Source: Candidatus Peregrinibacteria bacterium CG1_02_54_53 (GTDB lineage: Bacteria > Patescibacteriota > Gracilibacteria > Peribacterales > Peribacteraceae). From it: a DNA stretch of 64,000 nt. Below, in pieces: positions 1-8,161 of this stretch. Below the pieces are notes generated by a model. The model saw only the letters and a list, made by a program, of their open reading frames with translations, ran no database searches and was not told the origin of the DNA. Numbering within the stretch: position 1 is the first letter of the stretch; every line of letters begins with the position of its first letter. The stretch is taken from NCBI GenBank assembly GCA_001872575.1, contig MNWP01000030.1, positions 10,780-74,779 on the forward strand, read 5' to 3'. The position numbers and the translations under genes were made by a program.

Positions 1-1557
1 GAAGGCCTCTCGCTGGATAATCAGCTTGAAACGTTGCGCGAGTACGCGGCGAAGCAAGGGATGCAAGTTGTGAAGGAGTTTTGTTTTCAGGAAAGCGCGG
101 GTCACAAAATACGGAAGCGTTTTGATGAGATGATCGGCTACGTGAAGGAACATGAAGATGTTGGCGCAATTTTGGCGTACAGAGTGGACAGAACGACCCG
201 CAATTTCCGCGATGCGGTAGCGTTGGACAATCTCAGGATTGAGCAGGATAAGGAATTGCACTTCGTCTACAACCGCTTGATCCTCAAGGCTGATTCCCAC
301 GGGCGTGACATTACCGATTGGGATTTGCAGGTATTCTTGGCAAAGCAGTATCTCAATCGCTTGCAGGAAGACGGCGCGAACACATGGCTTTCTAAAATCA
401 GGCATGGCGAGTGGTCAGGAAAAGCCCCATGCGGCTATAAGAATGTTGAGCTTGAAGAACACAAAGCATGGATCGTGAAGGATGATGAACGCGCCCCATT
501 GGTAAAAAACGGTTTTGAGATGTACGCCACGGGCAATTTCTCACTCAAGGCACTCGCCAAAAAATTAGCTGGCATGGGTTTGACCACGAATACAGATAGC
601 CAAAGGCCGATGTACACAAGCTACTTGGAAGCGCAAATCATCAAAAATCCGTTCTACTATGGCGAGATGGAATTCAAAGAGAAGTTGTATCCGCACCAGT
701 ACGAACCGCTCATTCCCAAGTGGCTTTGGCTCAAGTGCCAAGCGGTCTGCGAGAGCTACGGCAAGACACCGTTCAAGTACGGAACGAAGAGCTACGCTTT
801 CAAACGGCTTCTCACCTGCGCCAAGTGCGGTTGGATTTTGTCTACCTACACACAAAAGAACATCAATTACGTTCGTTGCCACAACTGCAAAGCGGTTCAC
901 GTTAAAGAGGAAACGCTACTCGCTCAGGCGGCTAAGATTTTCAAGAATCTCACAATCCCAAGCGAGGTTGCCGAAGACCTGAAAACAAAGCTGACGGCCT
1001 TTCATGCCGATGAGCAGTATTTCTATGAGCAGAACCTAAAAAGGATCAATGCCGACCTCGCCAAGCTCAAGAAAAACAACAAGACGATGTATCAGGATAG
1101 GTTGGACGGGCGTATTACGGTGGAAGAGTACGACAAAATGTTTGAGGAAAATAAGCAGAAAGAAACAGATTTACTGGAAGAACTCAAGGGTCACAGCGAG
1201 GGCGATAAGGCATTCCACATCGCAGCTTCTTATATACTGGAACTCGCAAAACGCGCTCAGGAGCTTTTTGAGTGTTCGCAACCCGACCAAAAGAACCGTT
1301 TACTGCGTTTCGTATTTGCGAACTGTTCCGTAAAGGGCGAAAAGCTCAGCCCCAAGCTGAAAAACGTGTTTGCGGGTATCGTTGAAAGCAACAAAACGAA
1401 GAATTGGCTCCCCCGGCTGGACTCGAACCAGCAACCAATCGGTTACACGTTGCCCTTCTGTTTCCAGAAGGAGTGGACTATATCATCACCCGTCTGTGTT
1501 TTAGGGTGCGAGGCGCTTCGGCCCGTCATGCATCTGCGGGACGGGACTACTCCATAA
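1..1557 (+). CDS. Large serine recombinase (resolvase catalytic domain + recombinase domain + zinc ribbon); 5' end lies outside the window
   Basis: Frame 1 is open from base 1: EGLSLDNQLETLREYAAKQG precedes the first listed start at 34. It has the resolvase-core 'AYRVDRTTRNFRDAV', a central recombinase domain, the Cys cluster 'CAKCG...CHNC' and a C-terminal coiled coil (LKRINADLAKLKKNNKTMYQDRLDG). The last ~50 codons (1405-1557) are antisense to the tRNA-Asn 3' exon and intron, so the true C-terminus is uncertain. Confidence 0.8.
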   Translation, partial: EGLSLDNQLETLREYAAKQGMQVVKEFCFQESAGHKIRKRFDEMIGYVKEHEDVGAILAYRVDRTTRNFRDAVALDNLRIEQDKELHFVYNRLILKADSHGRDITDWDLQVFLAKQYLNRLQEDGANTWLSKIRHGEWSGKAPCGYKNVELEEHKAWIVKDDERAPLVKNGFEMYATGNFSLKALAKKLAGMGLTTNTDSQRPMYTSYLEAQIIKNPFYYGEMEFKEKLYPHQYEPLIPKWLWLKCQAVCESYGKTPFKYGTKSYAFKRLLTCAKCGWILSTYTQKNINYVRCHNCKAVHVKEETLLAQAAKIFKNLTIPSEVAEDLKTKLTAFHADEQYFYEQNLKRINADLAKLKKNNKTMYQDRLDGRITVEEYDKMFEENKQKETDLLEELKGHSEGDKAFHIAASYILELAKRAQELFECSQPDQKNRLLRFVFANCSVKGEKLSPKLKNVFAGIVESNKTKNWLPRLDSNQQPIGYTLPFCFQKEWTISSPVCVLGCEALRPVMHLRDGTTP

Positions 1558-1782
1558 AGGATAGTCTCTGAACCTGCCTTCGCTTCGGCTACGGCAGGCG
1601 TGCCTTCCTTCATCAGGTTGGGCTTGCCTGCAATCCGAAGCTTTAGCGAAGGATTGGCTGCTGATTGCCCTTCGCTTTCGCGGGAGGGTTTCCAGCAATT
1701 CACCTCGTTATCGACCCAGGATTTCCCTGGGAAGCTGCAACTTTCTTCACAGCCGATTGCTCTACCATTGAGCTACAGGGGA
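1405..1782 (-). tRNA. tRNA-Asn(GUU) interrupted by a group I intron (exons 1782-1749 and 1445-1405)
   Basis: The 5' exon reads UCCCCUG-UA-GCUC-AAUGGUA-GAGC-A-AUCGG-CUGU. The 3' exon reads UAA-CCGAU-UGGUU-GCUGG-UUCGAGU-CCAGC-CGGGGGA-G-CCA. All four stems pair, with one G.U in the acceptor. The spliced anticodon loop is CUGUUAA. The ends resemble E. coli tRNA-Asn (UCCUCUG...GGUUCGAGUCC...GAGGAGCCA, G73), recalled from memory. CCA is encoded. The mature length is 75 nt. Confidence 0.85.
1446..1748 (-). ncRNA. Group I self-splicing intron in the anticodon loop of tRNA-Asn (between positions 35 and 36)
   Basis: It is 303 nt long. In P1, exon GCUGU pairs with intron GCAGC, giving a U.G at the 5' splice site. 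Tetraloop-capped helices include CCCAGG-GAAAU-CCUGGG, CGC-GAAA-GCG and CCUUCUG-GAAA-CAGAAGG. The core 'CUGAUGAAGG...GGUUCAGAGACUAUCC...GAUAUAGUCC' gives the P7 pair GACUA/UAGUC, as in Azoarcus/Tetrahymena-type introns. The last intron base is G (omega-G). There is no credible internal ORF. Confidence 0.8.
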
Positions 1783-2008
1783 ACGTTGATGAAAAGAACA
1801 GCCGGTTGCTCCCTGCCCTGAGCGACTCCGCGCGGGGAGAAGTCGAAGGATACCATTGCTTGTCCACAGAAGCCTTGTGCGTAGGTGGGAGCTACCCGCC
1901 TTCGCTCTTCGCTTCGCTCAGAGCTACGGACGGGCAGGCAGGGGACCGTTGATGCAAAGAACGCAGCTGCATTATACGAAGTTGCAGCTCTAAAGGTAGA
2001 GGAATCCG

Positions 2009-3277
2009 CTACTTCCTTTTCTTCGGTATCAGCAGCACGATCTCGCGACCCACGTACTGGTCGGGGCGGCGGTAGAGAAGCGACAAACGGTCTGCACGAC
2101 TGGGGGCGATGCCCGGAGGGAGCGTGGCGCTGTAACCGGCTTTGTGGACGACTTCCCATATGCGCTCGAGGAAAATCGTCTCATTCCTGATTTTCCAGAA
2201 CGGCCACGTGACGGCGAGCGGCACACCCGGCAGGGTTTTACTGCAATTCTCGATGAACGCCGCTTCGAGCTTTTCGAGTTCCGTCTTCATCTTGGCGGCG
2301 GATTTCTGTGACGGGCGATCTTCGAGTGCGGGTCCGAGCGTTGTCTCGGTCACGACGAGGTCGGGCAGTTTCTTGAGGGCGAAGGGTTTGGTGGCATCCT
2401 GTTTCCATACCGTTGCATCGACGTCCTTCTTGAGAATCTTCCACTCTTTGCGTACCCATTCCAGATTCTTGCCGCATCCGTTGACGGCTTTCTGTGCGAT
2501 ATCCGAAGCCAGCACGTGCCATCCGCGCATGAGGCATTCCATGGGAATCACGCCCGTTCCGCAGAAGGGATCGAACACCGTAATCGGCTCAGGCTTCTTG
2601 AGTTTCTTGAATGCGGCATCCGGTACGGGGGTTTGGCATCCCCGCGAAAGCCATGTGCCCAGATTAAGCAGAATCTGTGCAAGTTTGGGCGGCAACAGAC
2701 CGACGGTCGTATCGCGCACGGGCTTGGCCATGTCACGCTTGGCGTAGGCATTCACGTTCTGTGCCCAAACGGTGCAGCCGATCCACAACGATTGATTCTC
2801 TTCTTCGTCCCCCTCTTGCAGCAGCACGAGTTCGCACCCGCGTTTGGGATCGAGCAGCCCTGCATCGCGCAGAAGCACGGGCGCAGCCGGTTCGCGTTCA
2901 CTGCCCACGTAGCGACAGGGACGACCTTGTTTACGCAGGGCATCTTTGCACTGCCGATAAAGGGTGTGAATGGTTTTCTTGGGGATCAAGAAGGTGCGCA
3001 GGGCAAATACCACTTTGCCGCGCTTGGCATTTTTCAACTCGCTGACAAGAATGGCCGGCACTTCATTCAGGGTTACCGCCTGGTCAGAGACACGACGCGC
3101 AACCACCACCACACCGCCAAGGGTGTCGAGAAATTGTGCATCAAGCTCAACGGGGCTTTCGAACAGCACGATGGAATCTTTGAGAATGCTGCGCAGCGTG
3201 AAGCCCGGCACGGCTGCCGAGAGTTCAGCCAGCGAGATGCGGGGTTGGTGTCCGAGGAACGCGGCGTAGGATGGCAT
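2009..3277 (-). CDS. Putative SAM-dependent RNA (or DNA) methyltransferase, Trm11/UPF0020-like
   Basis: 'VFDPFCGTGVIPMECLMRGWHVLASDI' is a SAM-binding motif I of the DPFCGTG type. I trimmed the start to the ATG at 3277 (MPSYAAFLGHQ...) because the listed 597-aa ORF runs into the neighbouring gene. Confidence 0.55.
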   Translation of the reverse strand: MPSYAAFLGHQPRISLAELSAAVPGFTLRSILKDSIVLFESPVELDAQFLDTLGGVVVVARRVSDQAVTLNEVPAILVSELKNAKRGKVVFALRTFLIPKKTIHTLYRQCKDALRKQGRPCRYVGSEREPAAPVLLRDAGLLDPKRGCELVLLQEGDEEENQSLWIGCTVWAQNVNAYAKRDMAKPVRDTTVGLLPPKLAQILLNLGTWLSRGCQTPVPDAAFKKLKKPEPITVFDPFCGTGVIPMECLMRGWHVLASDIAQKAVNGCGKNLEWVRKEWKILKKDVDATVWKQDATKPFALKKLPDLVVTETTLGPALEDRPSQKSAAKMKTELEKLEAAFIENCSKTLPGVPLAVTWPFWKIRNETIFLERIWEVVHKAGYSATLPPGIAPSRADRLSLLYRRPDQYVGREIVLLIPKKRK

Positions 3278-3384
3278 AACGGGACGCAGTATACAGGGAT
3301 GAGTATGCGGTATGTAGGGAGTTTTTTTGAGCACTCTTCCATACTTCATACCGAACACTGCATACTGAATACCGAATACGATCC

Positions 3385-4788
3385 TCACCGCCCTTTGACG
3401 ACATCCCGTGCCAAGAACGTGACCAGCATCACCACGAGCGGTGCCAATTGCACGAAACCGCGGGCCAGACCCGTCTGTTTCAAGGCTTCGGTTGAGAGCG
3501 ATGTGAAGAGGAAGAGGGCGATCTGCAACCCGAGAGCGGCAAGAACGATGAGGACGAGGGGCGTGATCGCAGATCGCAACAGGTGTTTGCGTGCGACAAC
3601 GAGCAGCAGCAACAGCAGCGGAAAGAGCAGGTGCCAGTTTCCTTCGAAGAACGTATTCACCCACAGCACGTACGGCACACCCGGTTGCCAGCCGAATGAA
3701 TAGCTGGAGGTGATCGCTTTGGCGTTGCCGAATGAAAGTCCGTGCGCCCACTTGAAAGCCACCCATGGCACGCCGATTACCAGCAGCCACCCTATTGTCC
3801 ACACAGTCACGGTTCGGGCCGCGCCGAGTGTCATGCGACCTTGATGACGCAGAAAGATCAGGCCGCCGCCGAATACGGCAAGCAGTAAAGGAAGGTAGAG
3901 GACAAGCGCTTCGTTTTTGGTGAAAACGAGCAGGCCGACCGTAAGGCCGAACAGCCGCAACCAGCTCTGTCTGCGAGATGCATCATGTTCCGTAAGTCCG
4001 TGCGTGAGCAGCGCACCCGCGGCGAGCAGATGACCCGAGAGAAAGACATCCGCATAAGCGTTGAGGCCGTCGAAGAAATAGAGCGGCAAACTGGCGAGCA
4101 GATAGGTGCCCAGCAAAGACCATTGCCATCCGATGCGATGACGGAGCGCGCCGTAGAGCAGTGCCAGCGCCGCCAATAACCAGAGGATGTGCACGCTGTT
4201 CACCAGACCTTCGTCCCAACCTCCTTTCAGTGCGGCGAGTGAGGCTTTGAAGAGAGGAACCGTGGGCGGGTAACTGCTGAGTACGTCGGCTTCGCCATTT
4301 GCAGAAGTGTCGATATCGAGTGTCTGCGTGAAGGCAAAAATCTTTGCCCGATAGTTCCAGTTTTTCAACGTGTCATCGAAGTACGATGGCATTGAGACGA
4401 GAATGAAGGAACCGAAGGCGATTTTGGCGAGTGTCCACAACGTGAGGAGAACGAGGAGCAGAATAAGCCAGCGATTCGCGGTTGGTGATTTGGCGGCGGA
4501 GGGCGCCGTTGTACGAGGAGACAATTTCCATTGGAAGAACCGTGCAAGAGTGAGCAGGGTAGTCATGGCGATTTGCACACTGAGAAAGCCCCAGCGCGTG
4601 AAAAGGATCAGACCTGCGATGTGCGCGAGGAATGTCACGAACATCGTTGCGGTGATCCCCAGCAGAAATCCGATTGCCCAGCGTTCGAGCCGCAGAAGTA
4701 CGGGATGATTGCCTTCGCACAGGCGTACGAGCAGCCAGCCTGAGAGAGAGGGGAGTGCGATGCCGACGAGCAGCAACAACAGGTTCAT
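3385..4788 (-). CDS. Polytopic membrane protein, possibly a GT-C (ArnT/PMT-like) glycosyltransferase
   Basis: The 467-aa protein has at least 10 hydrophobic segments with a loop-rich middle (SYPPTVPLFKASL...). Its start overlaps the upstream stop as ATGA. I saw no diagnostic catalytic motif. Confidence 0.4.
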   Translation of the reverse strand: MNLLLLLVGIALPSLSGWLLVRLCEGNHPVLLRLERWAIGFLLGITATMFVTFLAHIAGLILFTRWGFLSVQIAMTTLLTLARFFQWKLSPRTTAPSAAKSPTANRWLILLLVLLTLWTLAKIAFGSFILVSMPSYFDDTLKNWNYRAKIFAFTQTLDIDTSANGEADVLSSYPPTVPLFKASLAALKGGWDEGLVNSVHILWLLAALALLYGALRHRIGWQWSLLGTYLLASLPLYFFDGLNAYADVFLSGHLLAAGALLTHGLTEHDASRRQSWLRLFGLTVGLLVFTKNEALVLYLPLLLAVFGGGLIFLRHQGRMTLGAARTVTVWTIGWLLVIGVPWVAFKWAHGLSFGNAKAITSSYSFGWQPGVPYVLWVNTFFEGNWHLLFPLLLLLLVVARKHLLRSAITPLVLIVLAALGLQIALFLFTSLSTEALKQTGLARGFVQLAPLVVMLVTFLARDVVKGR

Positions 4789-6023
4789 TGTGTGGGTGAT
4801 GACGATGAAGAAGATTGCGAGCCCGCGCGGAAGACGAAGATTCCTTCTGCAAATTGATGCACAAGTGAGCCCGAAGGCGAAATGGGAATTCCGTTTTCCA
4901 CAATGCGGCCGTCGGATCCTGTGGTCAGGTCAGGCCGTCCGTACACGAGCCAGATGGTCGCTCCGGACCCTTTAGCTGCGCTGAGGGCCAGTTCTTCTTC
5001 GGGTGTGACCGGCAAACTGGGATACGTCTGATACCGCATGAAGTTCATGAAGGTGTCCGTTGTGGGCGTGATGAATACGTAACGGGGTTGATCCATGAGG
5101 ATGCCTTGGGTGGCCAGTGCGAAATCCGGCAGAAAGCCGATGGTGCGGAAGGTCCGTTTGCCCATGGGTTGCTGCAGATAGGAGCGAACGTCGTACGACC
5201 ACGTGGCAATGAGCTCCGCGCCCATGCGGATGTCGAGAACAATCCAAAAAACGAGAATCAATGCCGCTGATCCGGCGAGTATTCTCTTGCGAACATTGCC
5301 GTCATGTTTTCGCCAGGCCCTGAAGGCGATGATGGCTGTCGAGACGAGGAGCAGTGCATAGACCACGCGCATGGCCGAATGTGCAATGGGGGGCTGATGC
5401 CGGTAGAGATTTTCGCGCGAGACGGGGGTGGAGCAGAGCAGCGGCCCCCAGAAGAAATTGATGCTGTGCGCCTTGAGTCCGTCGAACGTCCAGAAGCATT
5501 TTACGGCTTCAACAAGGCTTTCGCGCACACTCCATCCTTGCAATTCGAGGTCGTGGAGGATGATGTCGGTACCGGGCTGAAGTTGAAACCCGATGGCGGC
5601 GGCGTGAGGATCCCATCCGCCTACGGCGCTCAAGTCCACGACGATCGATGTGGAGGTTCTGCTCGGTTGAAGCGTAATCGGAATTTGCAGATACTTCTCG
5701 GAGGGATCGCCCTGGCTGTGCCAGATGAACGCGAGAGACGCTCCGCGAGGGCTGGTGTAGTGCAGAGTGACTACGTCGATGCCGTACGGGAGAGTGAGGG
5801 GACGAGACAGCGTTCCCGTGTTTCCCGTAACAATGTGTATGCCATTTGAAAGCGGTGCCACCGAGGCAAGCCCGATGGTGTTCCACTGCGCTTGTTCCGT
5901 CTGATCGGCGAGGTTGAGCACGGTTTGCTGCTCGGCCGATGCGATCGCCGGCAGGGCGAGAAGAGCCGTTGCGAGCAAGAGGGAGCGAAGGCGCATCAGA
6001 AGTTTAGCGTTATGGTACATCAA
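4785..6023 (-). CDS. Secreted/membrane hypothetical protein
   Basis: It has a signal peptide (MRLRSLLLATALLALPAIASA) and two central TM helices. It is translationally coupled to the downstream membrane protein through an ATGA overlap. Confidence 0.6.
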   Translation of the reverse strand: MMYHNAKLLMRLRSLLLATALLALPAIASAEQQTVLNLADQTEQAQWNTIGLASVAPLSNGIHIVTGNTGTLSRPLTLPYGIDVVTLHYTSPRGASLAFIWHSQGDPSEKYLQIPITLQPSRTSTSIVVDLSAVGGWDPHAAAIGFQLQPGTDIILHDLELQGWSVRESLVEAVKCFWTFDGLKAHSINFFWGPLLCSTPVSRENLYRHQPPIAHSAMRVVYALLLVSTAIIAFRAWRKHDGNVRKRILAGSAALILVFWIVLDIRMGAELIATWSYDVRSYLQQPMGKRTFRTIGFLPDFALATQGILMDQPRYVFITPTTDTFMNFMRYQTYPSLPVTPEEELALSAAKGSGATIWLVYGRPDLTTGSDGRIVENGIPISPSGSLVHQFAEGIFVFRAGSQSSSSSSPTQ

Positions 6024-6062
6024 CTCAACGTTGGATTTCTCAGAGTATTCTTCATTGGAAGC

Positions 6063-6126
6063 GTGTCACCCTGAGCTCTGTCGAAGGGCGACACGTGTCA
6101 TGGTTCGACAGAGCTCACCATGACAC
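6063..6126. repeat. GC-rich palindromic (REP/MITE-like) element, possibly also a terminator for alaS
   Basis: The arms gtgtcaccctgagctctgtcgaa and ttcgacagagctcaccatgacac form a ~23-bp imperfect inverted repeat around an 18-nt loop. The CTGAGCTC and GTCGAAGGG motifs recur in the other elements listed in the findings. Confidence 0.6.
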
Positions 6127-6135
6127 TTTCATTTT

Positions 6136-7941
6136 TCATTCTTCCTGAGCTACGGCGATTTCTTCCGTGCTTCCCTTCAGCACCGCTTTGATCCGTCGAA
6201 CTCCGGCGGACGAACTTTCTTCCTTAAGAATTTTGAGTGAGCCGAGCATGCCGGTGCGGGCGACGTGCGGGCCTCCGCAGATTTCTTTGCTGAAGACGCC
6301 CTTCTTTTCATCCCCGACCACATACACTTTCACCTCTGCTCCGTAGCGCGCATCGAAGACACCGATCGCTCCCTCCGCTTTTGCTCCATCGACGGTGGTG
6401 ACGTGGTAGGCCACGGGCAGATCGGCTGCGATGGCGTCATTGACGATTTTTTCCACCTCCTGCACTTGCTCGGGCGTCATCTTGTCGGGATGACTGAAGT
6501 CGAATCGCAAACGTTCCGCCGTGATGTTTGAGCCCTTCTGGAAGACGTGATCGCCCAGAACTTTGCGCAATGCCGCATTGAGCAGGTGCGTGGCGGTATG
6601 CAGTTTGGTCGTCTGGCTGCCTTGATCCTGCAGTCCGCCCTTGAACTTCGCTTCCGCTCCGGCACGTGAGAGGACCTGATGAGCCTCAAACTTCTTCGCA
6701 AATCCTTTCTCATCCACGGTGAGCCCCTGTTCCTGTGCGAGTTCTTTGGTGAGCTCCAACGGGAACCCGTACGTGTCGTAGAGGTGGAAAACCGTTGTTC
6801 CGTCCATTTGCTTGCCGGCCTTCGCCGCGGCACGCTCGAACTGTTTCATCCCTTCTTTAAGGGTTTTACCGAACTGTTGTTCTTCGCGCTTCAGTGCCTC
6901 GATGATCGCTTGTCGTCGCTCCTGCAGGAAAGGGTAGGTCTGTCCGTACTGTTCGATCACGGCTTCGGCAATGGCAGGGGTCAATGTGCCGTCATGTTCG
7001 ATTTTGAGTTGTCGCGCAGAGCGAATGGCGCGACGAATGAGACGGCGCAGGATGTAGCCCTGATCAACATTGGAGGGAGTGATGCCATCGGCGATGATGA
7101 ATGTCGCCGCCTTAAGGTGATCAACGATGATGCGCAGATGCCGCTCATCCCTATGGTCGGCCATTTCCATGACACGATCGAGTATCGGTTTCATGCGGTC
7201 CGTCTCGTACACATTGTCCTTTCCCTGTAAGACAGCCGCAACGCGCTCCAAGCCCATTCCCGTATCCACATTCTGCTGCTTCAAGGGCTCGAAGGTGCCA
7301 TCCGCCGTCTTGTTGTACTGCATGAAAACGTCGTTCCAGATTTCCAGCCACTCGTCTTCGTGCGAGGCGGGATTGCCTTGCGGCTTGCCATTCCCAACCC
7401 AGTAGAACATCTCGGTATCGGGTCCGCACGGGCCGGTTTGGCCGGCGGGGCCCCACCAGTTCTTCGACTTGGGCAAAAATCCGATGCGCTCGCGGGGAAT
7501 TCCCGCTTTCTCCCAGATTGCGGCTGATTCTTCATCCTTCGGAGCATCCTTGTCCCCTTCGAAGCACGTGACGGCCAGCATGTCGACGGGAATCTGCAGC
7601 ACCTCGGTGAGAAAGCGGAAGCTCATCGTGATTGCTCCTTCCTTGAAGTAATCACCCAGACTCCAGTTGCCCAACATCTCGAAGAACGTGAGGTGCGAAG
7701 CATCACCCACTTCATCGATATCCTGCGTGCGGATGCAGCGTTGCACATCGGTGAGCCGCTTGCCGGCAGGATGCGTTTCGCCCAGCAGATAGGGCACGAG
7801 CGGATGCATGCCCGCCGTGGTGAAAAGGACGGTGGGATCGTTTTCGGGGATCAGTGACGCCCCGGGGATCACGGCGTGATCCTCTTTCTTAAAGAAGTCT
7901 AAGTATGCCTTTCGAATATCGTCAGTGCTCACAGGAGACAT
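6136..7941 (-). CDS. alaS: Alanyl-tRNA synthetase, short form (catalytic + tRNA-recognition + editing domains, no C-Ala domain)
   Basis: N-terminal 'IRKAYLDFFKKEDHAVIPGASLIPENDPTVLFTTAGMHPLVPYL', 'FFEMLGNWSLGDYFK' and 'GPCGPDTEMFYW' mark the catalytic domain. The editing-domain motifs 'HTATHLLNAAL' and 'CGGPHV' are present. The protein is 601 aa, against ~870 aa for typical bacterial AlaRS. Confidence 0.9.
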   Translation of the reverse strand: MSPVSTDDIRKAYLDFFKKEDHAVIPGASLIPENDPTVLFTTAGMHPLVPYLLGETHPAGKRLTDVQRCIRTQDIDEVGDASHLTFFEMLGNWSLGDYFKEGAITMSFRFLTEVLQIPVDMLAVTCFEGDKDAPKDEESAAIWEKAGIPRERIGFLPKSKNWWGPAGQTGPCGPDTEMFYWVGNGKPQGNPASHEDEWLEIWNDVFMQYNKTADGTFEPLKQQNVDTGMGLERVAAVLQGKDNVYETDRMKPILDRVMEMADHRDERHLRIIVDHLKAATFIIADGITPSNVDQGYILRRLIRRAIRSARQLKIEHDGTLTPAIAEAVIEQYGQTYPFLQERRQAIIEALKREEQQFGKTLKEGMKQFERAAAKAGKQMDGTTVFHLYDTYGFPLELTKELAQEQGLTVDEKGFAKKFEAHQVLSRAGAEAKFKGGLQDQGSQTTKLHTATHLLNAALRKVLGDHVFQKGSNITAERLRFDFSHPDKMTPEQVQEVEKIVNDAIAADLPVAYHVTTVDGAKAEGAIGVFDARYGAEVKVYVVGDEKKGVFSKEICGGPHVARTGMLGSLKILKEESSSAGVRRIKAVLKGSTEEIAVAQEE

Positions 7942-8161
7942 GTGTTATGAAAGGGAAGAGTCGGCTTGCCCGGCGAAGCTCTGAGTAGACCGAGGAGCGA
8001 AGACGGGTCGTCATAGGACGCATGAGTCGAGCATAGCAGATGGCAGGTCCGTCGGCGTATCGGCAGTTCCGATAATTTTCGTCGATTGCGTCGTGAATCT
8101 TCCATCAAAGCATCATGGCTTAAAATGGCACTTTCTGCTACAATAAGCACAACAAACACTT

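Noticed and set aside
1443-1703. ORFs (65-86 aa) inside the group I intron as a possible homing endonuclease
   Set aside because: The intron is only 303 nt and is fully accounted for by conserved helices. The ORFs lack LAGLIDADG, GIY-YIG, HNH and His-Cys motifs and lie on both strands of the structured RNA.
1783-2008. Short ORFs (95-128 aa on both strands) between tRNA-Asn and the methyltransferase
   Set aside because: The region is occupied by a GC-rich palindromic element (…cttcgctcttcgcttcgctcagagctacggacgggcagg…). The ORFs have the typical Arg/Ser/Ala repeat-derived composition.
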